DNA from: a virus
Length of the DNA stretch: 64,000 nt
Virus record (IMG/VR): IMGVR_UViG_3300032268_000986
Location: 46,259 to 110,258 of that record
Direction: 5' to 3' (one strand)
Under the pieces are notes generated by a model that did no database searches, was not told where the DNA came from, and was given only the letters and a program-made list of their open reading frames with translations. Of the stretch, positions 29,646 to 38,686 are shown piece after piece (the first letter of the stretch is position 1; each line of letters starts with the position of its first letter). The position numbers and the translations under genes are program-made.

Positions 29646-29944
29646 AACTTGCTCAAAATTTTGTCAGTTGCAGGTTGTGCAATGGCCGCGACTGCTGCCG
29701 CGTCAACTACAAATTCAAGATCCACTACTTGTTCGCCAAGGTCTCCCAGTGTACGAGTTAGGAACAATTCTAGCTCGTCTACATCCAGGCCCTGCTTGCG
29801 AAGCGAGTGCAGATTGATAGTGCGCTGTCGGCGACCCTCTAGCTTGAGAATCACCTTTTTTAGGCACTCTAGCGGGATTTCAGTTTTGTCGACATCACCG
29901 ATCAAACATTCCCACTTGCTGAGGAATTCATCACTGAACTGCAT
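29642..29944 (-). CDS. hypothetical protein (100 aa)
   Basis: ORF. Confidence 0.45.
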   Translation of the reverse strand: MQFSDEFLSKWECLIGDVDKTEIPLECLKKVILKLEGRRQRTINLHSLRKQGLDVDELELFLTRTLGDLGEQVVDLEFVVDAAAVAAIAQPATDKILSKL

Positions 29945-30677
29945 CTGCAGACACTACCTGGCTCTTGGGTGGACGACCACGACGTGGTGATTTTTCACTT
30001 GCCGGGGCAACTGTTACATTGGGTGTGTCAACAAATCCTTGTAGGTTTACCTTGGGGTACATGCGCTGTGCATCTTTTTTCATTCTAGCAGCTTCGGCAA
30101 TGAGACCCTTGGCCTCAATTTCCATCTTCTTGGCCTGACTCAACATGTTGGTGGCAATTGAACGATCGTCTAGAGCATCAGTTGAGCTGGCCTGAACCGG
30201 TGGCTCATAGTTGGATGTTTGACGTTCCTGACCACGTTTGTATTCAGCCTCGGCCTTGCGTTTGGTATAAGGGTCCACCATGCCGGAACTGTTGTCCAGT
30301 TCTTTGAGACGGTCAATTGCGGCCTGCCCAGTTTCCATCTCTTTGAGGATACGGTTGAGCTCATCAAGTTTGACATTGCTGGAAGCATTGGGAGTTACAA
30401 TCACTTGATTGGTGGGAATCTTTTTAATCATGCCTTCATGATGCAAGGCCACCAACTGCACACGACCATCTGGCAAAAGATTACGGTGCAACGCATCGGC
30501 CAGATTTGTGGCCTGTTGTCCAATTTCACTTTCCAGAGTTTTCATGATTGAGTCATGAATATGAGTGGGCAGTGTTTCGGGATAGATCACAAGGCACATG
30601 TGGTCCTCGTTGGGTACTTCTCGGAATAGGATGGCTACTTTTCGATCGCCATGTCTACCAATGTGTTTTAATGCCAT
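29931..30677 (-). CDS. hypothetical protein (248 aa)
   Basis: ORF. Confidence 0.5.
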   Translation of the reverse strand: MALKHIGRHGDRKVAILFREVPNEDHMCLVIYPETLPTHIHDSIMKTLESEIGQQATNLADALHRNLLPDGRVQLVALHHEGMIKKIPTNQVIVTPNASSNVKLDELNRILKEMETGQAAIDRLKELDNSSGMVDPYTKRKAEAEYKRGQERQTSNYEPPVQASSTDALDDRSIATNMLSQAKKMEIEAKGLIAEAARMKKDAQRMYPKVNLQGFVDTPNVTVAPASEKSPRRGRPPKSQVVSADAVQ

Positions 30678-30916
30678 TATGCATCTCCTTGGGGTTGTTC
30701 CACGGGCTCGGGGCTCTGTCCTTGTTCAGCTTGAGCTGCTTCGGCTGCGGCCTGTTGCGCCTGAATGGAATTGGTAACAAACGTGTTCAGTTTGTTGTAC
30801 AGTTCGCCTATTGACTGCATCTCGTCAGCTTTGAAAGCACCGCGAGTACATGCGGTGTCAATAATTGTGCAGACTGCACCTAGGTCTTGAAGTGTGAGTG
30901 ATGTGGGGTTTTCCAT
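30677..30916 (-). CDS. hypothetical protein (79 aa, Q/A-rich C-terminus)
   Basis: ORF. Confidence 0.4.
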   Translation of the reverse strand: MENPTSLTLQDLGAVCTIIDTACTRGAFKADEMQSIGELYNKLNTFVTNSIQAQQAAAEAAQAEQGQSPEPVEQPQGDA

Positions 30917-30954
30917 GCAGATATTTACTGCCGGAAAACCCCACCGTGTTTTTT

Positions 30955-31248
30955 TCAGAGCTGTTTTGTGTGTACCAGTTGCTCAAACGTGTCCCACAAA
31001 CGATCAAACTTTCGCTCGTAGTATTCGGCCAGCACTTTGAAATCTTGAGTTTGGGCACCTTGCTCTACGTACATCTGGATGTCGTTGACAACTTTCCAAC
31101 ACTCCATGATTTCTTGCTCAAGATCAAAACGGTCTCGGGTCTTGATCATCTCGGTCTCTTCGACCACCGGGGGGATTACGCCATTCATTTTTTGCTTCCT
31201 TTGCTTCATGTACAATCTTCTTTGCCAGGTCCCACAGTGGAACAGCAA
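30955..31248 (-). CDS. hypothetical protein (start uncertain)
   Basis: ORF overlapping 31124-31318 in another frame; only one of the two is likely real. Confidence 0.3.
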   Translation of the reverse strand: MLFHCGTWQRRLYMKQRKQKMNGVIPPVVEETEMIKTRDRFDLEQEIMECWKVVNDIQMYVEQGAQTQDFKVLAEYYERKFDRLWDTFEQLVHTKQL

Positions 31249-31294
31249 ACCATCCTGCTACAAGTCCATAAACAAACCATTCAATCTGGATCAT
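31124..31294 (-). CDS. hypothetical small membrane protein (MIQIEWFVYGLVAGWFAVPLW...)
   Basis: single TM helix plus charged tail; ATG at 31294 overlaps stop of upstream gene. Confidence 0.3.
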   Translation of the reverse strand: MIQIEWFVYGLVAGWFAVPLWDLAKKIVHEAKEAKNEWRNPPGGRRDRDDQDPRPF

Positions 31295-31512
31295 AACACT
31301 CGACCCAAGCCCAGCCAAATCAGCTGATCCAACTCAGATTGATACTCCTGACCCAGCCTACGCTTTTCATAGATTGCTCGCAGTACTTCTGTTCCGTTAC
31401 CATACTCTACAGTACCGGTGCCACGCCGTTCTAGTTCTTCAATTAAGTCGTCAGTGTCAAAATCTTCGAGCTCGACATCTACTTCAACTTCTTTGTAGAT
31501 AGTTTTGTACAT
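31291..31512 (-). CDS. hypothetical acidic protein (73 aa)
   Basis: ORF. Confidence 0.45.
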   Translation of the reverse strand: MYKTIYKEVEVDVELEDFDTDDLIEELERRGTGTVEYGNGTEVLRAIYEKRRLGQEYQSELDQLIWLGLGRVL

Positions 31513-31513
31513 T

Positions 31514-32308
31514 TTACTTGGGCATCATGAGTGCATTGAAGTTTGAAGGCACCACAATGGTCTGAACTTGGCCGTTCTTGATACCTTCCGAGATATTGAG
31601 CATGGCCTGTGCCTGCATGAATGCAATTGACGCACCCGAGTTGTTGGCCAAGGCTGCCATACGTCGGCTTTCGGCCTGGGCTGTTTGCACTTCAACTTCC
31701 TTCTGCTTGAGTTCGTTCTTGCTACGAACCAGGGCATTGGCACTCTCCACAACTGCATCTGCTGGCACAACATTACGAATCAGGACTTGGCTGATCATGA
31801 TGGTGCCGTCCAGCTTTTCTTCTGCTAAGTTACGAATAATCTCGTCCTTAATGAAGTTTTCCATGTCGCTACGAGCGTCGGCCATGTCCAAGGCTTCGTA
31901 CTTGCGAGCTGCCTTATAGATGGCATTGCGAGCATTTTGCACAATGTAGTTGTACATCACATAGGTGTCGCCTTTGAACTCAGCATGGAAGGCCCGGTTC
32001 TTGGTGCTATACAGTTCGGCCACTTGTTGCGGGTTGATGTTATAGACCACAACTGCATCAAAATCTTTCATTGTGCTGTTGTCTTTGGCCACCGGAGTCA
32101 TGTCGTTCAATTGTACGTTGACATCCTTGATGGGAAAGGTCAAGACCTCGCCAATGATGGTTTGGTTAAAGCTACCCGGCAACAGTTCACCAGGTTGAAC
32201 CTGCTTGTCAAAACCCACTCGCACACCGACTTCGCCGGTTTCAATACGAGTGCAACCTGCGGCCAAAACGGCAGCAGCCAAAATAGAGAGAGTGAAAATA
32301 CGCTTCAT
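31514..32308 (-). CDS. SPFH/band-7 (prohibitin/HflC-like) domain lipoprotein
   Basis: MKRIFTLSILAAAVLAAGCTRIETGEVGVRV: lipobox signal then SPFH-type N-terminus; AAAGG SD before ATG 32308. Confidence 0.7.
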   Translation of the reverse strand: MKRIFTLSILAAAVLAAGCTRIETGEVGVRVGFDKQVQPGELLPGSFNQTIIGEVLTFPIKDVNVQLNDMTPVAKDNSTMKDFDAVVVYNINPQQVAELYSTKNRAFHAEFKGDTYVMYNYIVQNARNAIYKAARKYEALDMADARSDMENFIKDEIIRNLAEEKLDGTIMISQVLIRNVVPADAVVESANALVRSKNELKQKEVEVQTAQAESRRMAALANNSGASIAFMQAQAMLNISEGIKNGQVQTIVVPSNFNALMMPK

Positions 32309-32316
32309 GTGTGCCT

Positions 32317-32493
32317 TTAAAATAAAACTACCACGGCTGTCATTGCCATCAACGCCAGCAGTGCAACAATTATACTGTACCCTATGCTTTTTGTCAAGGC
32401 TAGTTGTTCTTTTCCTTCCATCTTTCTCCAAGCAGTAATGCCAAAGTGAATCAACGCTGCCAGGACCGCAAATGCCAACCAAAGTCTAATCAT
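32317..32493 (-). CDS. small membrane protein (58 aa, two TM segments)
   Basis: not in ORF track (<60 aa); MIRLWLAFAVLAALIHFGITAWRKMEGK...; GGAG SD 9 nt upstream; ATGA overlap with upstream gene. Confidence 0.4.
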   Translation of the reverse strand: MIRLWLAFAVLAALIHFGITAWRKMEGKEQLALTKSIGYSIIVALLALMAMTAVVVLF

Positions 32494-32711
32494 AGTTCAA
32501 CTCCAAAATGTTCTCTAATCTGTTTAGCAATGATAGCACCCATATCATCATCACGGTGGCTATTTTTTAGTGATACTTGTTCACATTTCTGCACAATCAA
32601 CTCGGCGAACTTTTCTGGATTATCAATTGTATACTGTGGCCAAGTGTGTTGATTACCACCATCATAATTCCCGCCAGCCTGTGCCCAAAGTTCTCGAATT
32701 CGTTCGTTCAT
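32490..32711 (-). CDS. hypothetical protein (73 aa)
   Basis: ORF. Confidence 0.5.
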   Translation of the reverse strand: MNERIRELWAQAGGNYDGGNQHTWPQYTIDNPEKFAELIVQKCEQVSLKNSHRDDDMGAIIAKQIREHFGVEL

Positions 32712-32722
32712 TTTGGCACTCC

Positions 32723-34006
32723 TTAGTTTTTCTCTTCCTCATAGTAGGCGTATTGACCCCAGGGCGGAACAATGGTAGTGGTGCCATGCAAGATCCATAC
32801 AGTGTCTGCATAATTCTCATCGCCCCACGAACCAAACGGGTAACCATCTGTAAACACCACAAGACGCTTGGGCTCAATTTCTTCTGCCTTCAAGTAGTTG
32901 TAGATGGCATCAAAGTCTGTACCACCACCGCCCTTGACTTCGTAGTCGCAGATTGAATCCAAGTTGTCTGAATCATACTGAGCAGGATTGTATGCCTCAG
33001 TATCAAACGTGATCACATGAATTCGGTATGCCGGGAACGAGTCCATGATGCCTTGGATCTCACCCAAGAAGTCCTTGAGCATGGTCTCGCTGATCGAGCC
33101 CGAAGCGTCCAAGGCAACTGCAATGTCAATCATGGGATCCAGTTTCATGCCAGGCATGATGGCATCTTGGTGCCAGCCTTTGCGTCCGGCTCGCATCCAA
33201 GTGTAGTCGCTCTTGATGGTGCTCTCCAACTGCATGCGAAGCAGTTCGCGCCAGTTCATCTTGGGCTCAGTGAGCTCCTCGATCAGTCGCTTGACACCGG
33301 CTGGGATATTGCCGGCACCGTCCACTGTGGCCGCAGCCGCCAGCATGGCTTCTTTGATCTCGTCCTTGATGGCCTGGCGATCAGACTCGCTTAACCGGGG
33401 ACGGCCTTTGCCACTGCCGTCAACTTCTTCTCCATCTCCATCACCGTCGGGGTCACCATTGCCGTCCAGGTGCTCGTCAATCATTTGATCCAGCAATTTG
33501 CCAATGTCAATTTTTTCGGCTTTTTCGTACAAGATATCGTAGATCTCTTCCGAGCTCATGCCGTCATACTTGGGATCATGCAGGCAAGGCACTGTGGTGA
33601 TCTTTTCACCCACCTTGTGTTTGATCAAGTCTGCGTTCACAGCAAAGTCATTGGCAATGTTAAACAGCTGAGGATCACGCTCACCACGACGTCCAAAGTG
33701 ATCATAAACACAATGCAACACTTCGTGTCCAAACAAGAACTCAATCTCTTTGGGACGAAGCATCTGAATAAAGCGAGAATTGTAATAGAAATTTCTGCCA
33801 TCAGTTGCGGCTGTGCCACACCATTCATCGGCATTTATCAGTTTGAGTCGAGTTGCCAAATTACCAAAGAAGCTGGCACGGAGCAACAGGCCCACACGAG
33901 CAGTGATCAGTTTTTCACGTACCTCGCGATCTATCTTGGGATCAGTCTTGCCAATGAGATTTTTAAACTTGGCTTTGTCTTCTTTGTTAGCGGTGGTTGC
34001 AGTCAT
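32723..34006 (-). CDS. CobT-like protein with von Willebrand factor A domain
   Basis: MIDAS motif DASGSISE; partner of adjacent CobS-like ATPase. Confidence 0.7.
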   Translation of the reverse strand: MTATTANKEDKAKFKNLIGKTDPKIDREVREKLITARVGLLLRASFFGNLATRLKLINADEWCGTAATDGRNFYYNSRFIQMLRPKEIEFLFGHEVLHCVYDHFGRRGERDPQLFNIANDFAVNADLIKHKVGEKITTVPCLHDPKYDGMSSEEIYDILYEKAEKIDIGKLLDQMIDEHLDGNGDPDGDGDGEEVDGSGKGRPRLSESDRQAIKDEIKEAMLAAAATVDGAGNIPAGVKRLIEELTEPKMNWRELLRMQLESTIKSDYTWMRAGRKGWHQDAIMPGMKLDPMIDIAVALDASGSISETMLKDFLGEIQGIMDSFPAYRIHVITFDTEAYNPAQYDSDNLDSICDYEVKGGGGTDFDAIYNYLKAEEIEPKRLVVFTDGYPFGSWGDENYADTVWILHGTTTIVPPWGQYAYYEEEKN

Positions 34007-34032
34007 GCGAGTCCTTTGTTTGGTATGTGTAT

Positions 34033-34061
34033 ATTATAGCAGATTGCAGTTTATCAGTCAA
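34033..34061 (-). promoter_or_regulatory. sigma70-type promoter TTGACT-N17-TATAAT (TGn extended -10), upstream of CobT-like gene
   Basis: rc reads TTGACTgataaactgcaatctgcTATAAT. Confidence 0.6.
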
Positions 34062-34356
34062 TGTCTGCAGAAACCCGGCCTTCCGCAGGGTCATATGTCA
34101 GGTAAACCTTGGTACTGTCACGGCCGCCTTGCTCATCGACCTTGTAGACCACAGTGTAGCAAAATTGTCCACCATTGGTGATGCCCAGGAACCGAGCACC
34201 TGTAAACTCCATGTCTTGAGCCTTTTTGTCCAGAGCCCGTTGCAGGGCCTGGTGTGTGAATGTTGTGAGTGTTTTGAGTTTCTCTGCTGTGATCATATCA
34301 CATGCTCCAGTAAGTTTCGCTAGCCGGGTTGCAACACCAAGGTGTGTCTGCGTCAA
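34054..34356 (-). CDS. hypothetical protein
   Basis: ORF (start uncertain). Confidence 0.4.
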   Translation of the reverse strand: MTQTHLGVATRLAKLTGACDMITAEKLKTLTTFTHQALQRALDKKAQDMEFTGARFLGITNGGQFCYTVVYKVDEQGGRDSTKVYLTYDPAEGRVSADID

Positions 34357-34576
34357 TCTCCACAGACTTGCCCGACATCAAATTCTTCACAGTGATCTTG
34401 GGAGCCTGGTAGGTGTCGCGAGCCACAATGTGCAATTGGCTTTCGTTCCAACCTGCTTTGCGGCAGAGTCGAGTGCGGGTGGCCTGTGCGGCACCCCAAG
34501 TTTTGTATGCACGGGTCTTGTTGGGACCGTCTGTAACAATTAAACCAGTACCTTTTGCAACAATCACATAACTCAT
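34298..34576 (-). CDS. hypothetical protein (92 aa, MSYVIVAKGTG...)
   Basis: ATG 34576 with AAAGGAG SD 8 nt upstream, directly downstream of promoter 34597-34625. Confidence 0.5.
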   Translation of the reverse strand: MSYVIVAKGTGLIVTDGPNKTRAYKTWGAAQATRTRLCRKAGWNESQLHIVARDTYQAPKITVKNLMSGKSVEIDADTPWCCNPASETYWSM

Positions 34577-34596
34577 TTGGGGCTCCTTTTTGCTGT

Positions 34597-34625
34597 CTAT
34601 GTGTATATTATAGCAAAATGGCGAA
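34597..34625 (-). promoter_or_regulatory. sigma70-type promoter TTGACC-N17-TATAAT + conserved AAAGGAG leader
   Basis: rc TTGACCgaaattcgccattttgcTATAAT; ~22-nt leader to ATG 34576. Confidence 0.65.
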
Positions 34626-34671
34626 TTTCGGTCAACCAAAAAAAGTGTTGTAAAAATGTAACACTTTAGTA

Positions 34672-34968
34672 CTACAAATTCAAGTACTTTAGCTGGAACC
34701 AAGACTGTGCTGGTTCACTGTAAAAATCCAGATGAACCTGCTCTTCGTAGTACATGCTGGGACCATTGGGAGTTGGGGGTTCCGCTGGCACTAGGCCTTT
34801 GTGATAGCGATACACAAACCCCAGCTCACGTCGCATGCGTGGGCGTATGGCCATGCCCATGCCGTAGTCTCGTAGAATCTGAGCATACACATCCGACCAC
34901 TCTCCAGGCCGGTGAAAAACAATCAAGTTCTTTTTTACGGTGATACGGGGTGGCATAGTACAAACCAA
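34672..34968 (-). CDS. hypothetical protein (98 aa)
   Basis: ORF. Confidence 0.4.
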   Translation of the reverse strand: MVCTMPPRITVKKNLIVFHRPGEWSDVYAQILRDYGMGMAIRPRMRRELGFVYRYHKGLVPAEPPTPNGPSMYYEEQVHLDFYSEPAQSWFQLKYLNL

Positions 34969-35264
34969 CTCAGTGTTTTGTCTTCGTCTATATAGATACG
35001 ATAGTCGCCGTACTTGACAGCATACGCCCAGGTGGAATTGATGTCGTCCTCTTGATAGTCCTCTTGATTGCGAATTTTGTTGCGCATCATTTGATAACGA
35101 GTCTCAACATCTTGGCTCCACCCAAATTGCTGGTTGAACCAACGCCGGCAACGATCAAAGTCCAACACGCCAGTGCCATGACCATGGTCTTTGTTGAACT
35201 CCACAAGGTACCGGTAACCATGCCGAGTGTACCGGTTGTCCATCTTGGTAATTTTATATTTCAT
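34935..35264 (-). CDS. hypothetical protein (109 aa)
   Basis: ORF. Confidence 0.45.
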   Translation of the reverse strand: MKYKITKMDNRYTRHGYRYLVEFNKDHGHGTGVLDFDRCRRWFNQQFGWSQDVETRYQMMRNKIRNQEDYQEDDINSTWAYAVKYGDYRIYIDEDKTLSWFVLCHPVSP

Positions 35265-35334
35265 ATGATGTCAAGTAGAAAAGGGCTGTGTAGCACACAG
35301 CCCGTGTATTTGATCTACACAGCCCTTCCCTGAC

Positions 35335-36417
35335 TTAGGCCGAAGCCTGCAAGATGTACTTGCCAAAGCGCGAGTGGAACTCGTCAAAGTTCTTGAGCTT
35401 GGTGGGCAGGAAGGGCAAGTCGTATGTGGTCAATGCAATACGAGCACCCATCACTGTCAACTCAGTCTCAAAGTTCTTCATCATGTAGCCCAGGAAGTTG
35501 TCGGCCATTTCATGGAACTTCTTGTCTTCCACTTTGTTTTCAACTGCACTCTTGAGCTCATAGCACATGGAGATCACCAGGCTGTACATGGCCGACACTT
35601 CTTTGACCTGCAAGTCCTTGACCTTGCCTGCCAAGATGTCTGCAGGATTGGGCATGCGGCTTGCAACCTTGCGGTGAGCCATGAACTTCACTGCCAAGCC
35701 TTCACCAATTGTGCCTGCAATCAAGTTGGTCAGGGTATCGTTGTCGCCGTCGTCATCCAACAGCTGGCTCACAAAGGTCCATGAGCGCGGTGTAGCAAAC
35801 GAACGCGAGCTAGACTTGGAATCAAAGTCATACAAGTCTTGCTTGGCAAAACTCAGGTAACCCACCACGTCTTTGTGGATGCGGTTTTGCACTGCCCACT
35901 CTTGCCAAGATGCAAAGTCCACCTTCATCTCTTGGTGGATAAAGCGGTTGGCCAACGGAGTCGGCATGCGATATGTAACACCTTTGTCGCTTTCACGGTT
36001 GCCTGCGGCAACCATCACAACATTGTCGGGCAAGAAATACTTGCCAATGCGTCGATTCAAAATCAACTGATAAGCCGCACTCTGCACACTCGGAGCAGCC
36101 GAGTTCATCTCGTCCAAGAACAGCACCACAATAGGATACTGGCTGGCAGTTTCTGCATCGGGCAAGTCCACTGGAGCCGCCCAGTCCATTTTACCCGAGT
36201 CTTTGTTGTAGAAAGGAATACCACGAATGTCTGTGGGCTCCATCTGACCCAGGCGCAGATCATACATGATGCCGCCAAGATCTCGAGTGATGCCTTCCAC
36301 CAGCTCACTCTTGCCAATTCCGGGAGGACCCCACAGGAACAAAGGACGCTTGACTTGGAATGCTTTGAGCAGGGATTTTTTTGCTTGAACAGCGGTAACG
36401 GTGCGTGTATCTGACAT
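35335..36417 (-). CDS. CobS-like / MoxR-type AAA+ ATPase
   Basis: Walker A LFLWGPPGIGKSEL; adjacent CobT-like VWA partner. Confidence 0.8.
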   Translation of the reverse strand: MSDTRTVTAVQAKKSLLKAFQVKRPLFLWGPPGIGKSELVEGITRDLGGIMYDLRLGQMEPTDIRGIPFYNKDSGKMDWAAPVDLPDAETASQYPIVVLFLDEMNSAAPSVQSAAYQLILNRRIGKYFLPDNVVMVAAGNRESDKGVTYRMPTPLANRFIHQEMKVDFASWQEWAVQNRIHKDVVGYLSFAKQDLYDFDSKSSSRSFATPRSWTFVSQLLDDDGDNDTLTNLIAGTIGEGLAVKFMAHRKVASRMPNPADILAGKVKDLQVKEVSAMYSLVISMCYELKSAVENKVEDKKFHEMADNFLGYMMKNFETELTVMGARIALTTYDLPFLPTKLKNFDEFHSRFGKYILQASA

Positions 36418-36452
36418 GGGCTGTGCCTTTAAAAGTTTGTTGCTAAGTGTTA

Positions 36453-36481
36453 ATTGTAGTTGAAACTGAAATATCTGTCAA
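36453..36481 (-). promoter_or_regulatory. sigma70-type promoter TTGACA-N17-TACAAT upstream of CobS-like gene
   Basis: rc TTGACAgatatttcagtttcaacTACAAT. Confidence 0.55.
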
Positions 36482-36648
36482 CTGTTGACAGTGTCAAAAG
36501 GACTAAACATTTCTTCGTTGGTTTCCTGCGACAGTTCTTCGTAGACCCACTCCACAGGGATCTCAAGATATCGTGCAATGGTACGGGGTTCGTATCCTTC
36601 TTCCAACATCCCTTGAATGTCCAGGCTAAGTTCGCTCATCTTGCTCAT
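36478..36648 (-). CDS. small protein (56 aa) with helix-turn-helix-like segment (PRTIARYLEIPVEWVYEEL)
   Basis: not in ORF track; GGAG SD 8 nt upstream; ATGA overlap with 36648-36926; stop overlaps -35 of CobS promoter. Confidence 0.45.
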   Translation of the reverse strand: MSKMSELSLDIQGMLEEGYEPRTIARYLEIPVEWVYEELSQETNEEMFSPFDTVNS

Positions 36649-36926
36649 TATGCAGTCTCCTTGTCCATGATGTAAGTGAATAAAACAAATTTGGCGCGGT
36701 TCAGTTGCTGACGAGCATCTTCGGCTCGCATGCTGTCAACTTCACCGTATTCGGTATTGACCATTTCTTGTGCATCACTCATCATTGATGCCACAACCAT
36801 TGCAGGTCCTGAAAAACGGAAACTAGGACTAGATTCCACTGCTTCACGCATCTGCGCTTCGGTGCAACCGTACATGCGGACCTCGTTGATTTCGCGAGTG
36901 GTAAGTCCTTGAAATGCTGTTCTCAT
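36648..36926 (-). CDS. hypothetical protein (92 aa)
   Basis: ORF downstream of promoter 36958-36986. Confidence 0.5.
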   Translation of the reverse strand: MRTAFQGLTTREINEVRMYGCTEAQMREAVESSPSFRFSGPAMVVASMMSDAQEMVNTEYGEVDSMRAEDARQQLNRAKFVLFTYIMDKETA

Positions 36927-36957
36927 TGCTGGCTCCTTTTTGTTACACTATGCCTAT

Positions 36958-36986
36958 ATTATAGCAAATTGTGAATAATTGGTCAA
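36958..36986 (-). promoter_or_regulatory. sigma70-type promoter TTGACC-N17-TATAAT
   Basis: rc TTGACCaattattcacaatttgcTATAAT. Confidence 0.65.
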
Positions 36987-37002
36987 CCGTTTTGTTCTGG
37001 CA

Positions 37003-37398
37003 TTAGTTATTAAATGTCTGTGTAAACACTCGCCCGCGATAGCTAAATGTGACTATTTCACCTTGCTGAATCTGTACAGGAATAAATCGGCACACTTGTC
37101 TTTGTTCTATTCTAGACGAATCACGACCAACCTCATTGCCAATGGCGCCACCTATCAATGCTCCAATCACAGTGCCAGCCAATTGGTCATTTCGATTGCT
37201 GCCTAGTGTACTTCCCAACAGGCCGCCGGCCACAGCACCGACGGTGCCTGGCCCAGAACTGCCCTCTCGTTGAAATTCCTGCATGTGGCATTGTTGTTGT
37301 TGCACAGTGACCAGTCTCGGCTGTACATTTACCACATAGACATCTTGTGCCGCTGCCGCCAATGGAAGGGTTAGTAATATTGTCAATAACTTTTTCAT
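37003..37398 (-). CDS. secreted/lipoprotein-like glycine-zipper protein (17-kDa-antigen-like)
   Basis: signal peptide MKKLLTILLTLPLAAAA; GGLLGSTLGS...GALIGGAIG glycine zipper. Confidence 0.6.
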   Translation of the reverse strand: MKKLLTILLTLPLAAAAQDVYVVNVQPRLVTVQQQQCHMQEFQREGSSGPGTVGAVAGGLLGSTLGSNRNDQLAGTVIGALIGGAIGNEVGRDSSRIEQRQVCRFIPVQIQQGEIVTFSYRGRVFTQTFNN

Positions 37399-37421
37399 TA
37401 AAATCTCCTTGTTGCTGTTTA

Positions 37422-37450
37422 ATTATAGCAAATTGGGAATTCCTGGTCAA
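37422..37450 (-). promoter_or_regulatory. sigma70-type promoter TTGACC-N17-TATAAT
   Basis: rc TTGACCaggaattcccaatttgcTATAAT. Confidence 0.65.
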
Positions 37451-37456
37451 CCAAAA

Positions 37457-37708
37457 TCAATTGGCCATCAAATCAATTTGAACTTGAATGCCTTCGTGCG
37501 TGATACCCACACCTACTGGACGAGCTTCGCCGCGATTGGGACTGACTCGGCGGATGTAAGCCAGGTGATTGATTGCCTTGCGCAGAGCATCACCATGCGA
37601 AACTGTGGCTGTTTTTGTAAACAGATCGTTTATAGTTCCGTACATGCCAAAACCGTTGACAATGTAGCGAATTCGGGTGCTGTTGCTAAAACCGGTAACG
37701 TGTCGCAT
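37457..37708 (-). CDS. hypothetical protein (83 aa)
   Basis: AAAGGAG SD; promoter 37740-37768 immediately upstream. Confidence 0.5.
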   Translation of the reverse strand: MRHVTGFSNSTRIRYIVNGFGMYGTINDLFTKTATVSHGDALRKAINHLAYIRRVSPNRGEARPVGVGITHEGIQVQIDLMAN

Positions 37709-37739
37709 CTGGGGCTCCTTTGTTGCTGTCTATGTGTAT

Positions 37740-37768
37740 ATTATAGCAAATTGGGCATTTCTGGTCAA
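37740..37768 (-). promoter_or_regulatory. sigma70-type promoter TTGACC-N17-TATAAT
   Basis: rc TTGACCagaaatgcccaatttgcTATAAT; leader nearly identical to 34561-34596. Confidence 0.65.
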
Positions 37769-37803
37769 CCAGTAAAAATGTTGTATTTTTACAACATTAA
37801 TAC

Positions 37804-38004
37804 TCAAGTAGTACGATAAAATTCTACTTTGTTGCGCAGGGATTCAATCTCGTCGGCGGCCTCTTCCAAAAGATCACTGATGCGATCTCGGGCGCCCTCT
37901 TGCACACTTTTTCTGTCTTGATTTTGCCTGCGTATTTCGGCACGTTTTCGTAGACGGAACACCAGACTTTGTTCGCTGACCGGCAGGTGTGATTCGTCGT
38001 TCAT
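37804..38004 (-). CDS. hypothetical protein (66 aa, basic/acidic)
   Basis: ORF. Confidence 0.4.
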   Translation of the reverse strand: MNDESHLPVSEQSLVFRLRKRAEIRRQNQDRKSVQEGARDRISDLLEEAADEIESLRNKVEFYRTT

Positions 38005-38125
38005 TGTTTTACCTTTTGCAGATCTACTAGGTGATATCTGCTGAAGGGATAATTTTCATTAAGCCACTCCAGCAGATCTGGTTCCCAAGGAAATTGTATG
38101 CTACCATCATGGTTGGTAATAATAA

Positions 38126-38635
38126 TCATGATTTCACACGAGTGATAACACTGGCATGCTGCCACAACACACGATCACCACGGGTCATTACTTCCAACAA
38201 CAATCTCTTTTCTTCCAAGTATGTGCGAGCAAACTTTGCGTCATGCTCAACAATGCTTCTAGTGTTAGAGATCAAATCAGCCAACTTGACGGTCTGAGCC
38301 TCAGCCGGTGCTGCCGCTGTATGAGCACGATCAATGGCCTTGCGTGTGGTACGATTGCCTTGTTCAGGCCTTGACACATCGGTCAACCATCCCACCAATT
38401 CAGCAACCTTGTCACCAAATTCAGCACGAATTACTTCGTTGGTGACACCAGTGTCTTCGACTACATCATGCAACCAGGCCGCTGCCAACATCTCGGGAGT
38501 GTGATCCACTGTTGCAACAATGCCAGCAACTTCACGAGGGTGAACGATGTAAGGCTCCATGGTGTACTTGCGCAATTGAGCCACGGCCGAATGAGCCGCA
38601 GTGGCAAATATTCTAGCACGTTCAACTATTTCCAT
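38126..38635 (-). CDS. HD-domain hydrolase, RelA/SpoT-type (p)ppGpp hydrolase-like (small alarmone hydrolase)
   Basis: WLHDVVEDT HD motif; 169 aa. Confidence 0.75.
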   Translation of the reverse strand: MEIVERARIFATAAHSAVAQLRKYTMEPYIVHPREVAGIVATVDHTPEMLAAAWLHDVVEDTGVTNEVIRAEFGDKVAELVGWLTDVSRPEQGNRTTRKAIDRAHTAAAPAEAQTVKLADLISNTRSIVEHDAKFARTYLEEKRLLLEVMTRGDRVLWQHASVITRVKS

Positions 38636-38657
38636 GATATCTCCTTAACAATGCTGT

Positions 38658-38686
38658 ATTATAGCACATGAGCGAATTTCGGTCAA
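38658..38686 (-). promoter_or_regulatory. sigma70-type promoter TTGACC-N17-TATAAT upstream of HD hydrolase gene
   Basis: rc TTGACCgaaattcgctcatgtgcTATAAT. Confidence 0.65.

Noticed and set aside
32404-32652. Plus-strand ORF 32404-32652 (82 aa) and long N-terminal extension of 31514-32482
   Set aside because: Overlap better-supported minus-strand small genes (32317-32493 with SD; lipoprotein start at 32308 with SD and signal peptide).
36418-36500. Multiple overlapping TTGACA hexamers (ttgacactgtcaacagttgacag) as operator repeats
   Set aside because: They coincide with the C-terminal codons of the small HTH gene and the -35 of the CobS promoter; cannot distinguish regulatory repeats from coding constraint by eye.
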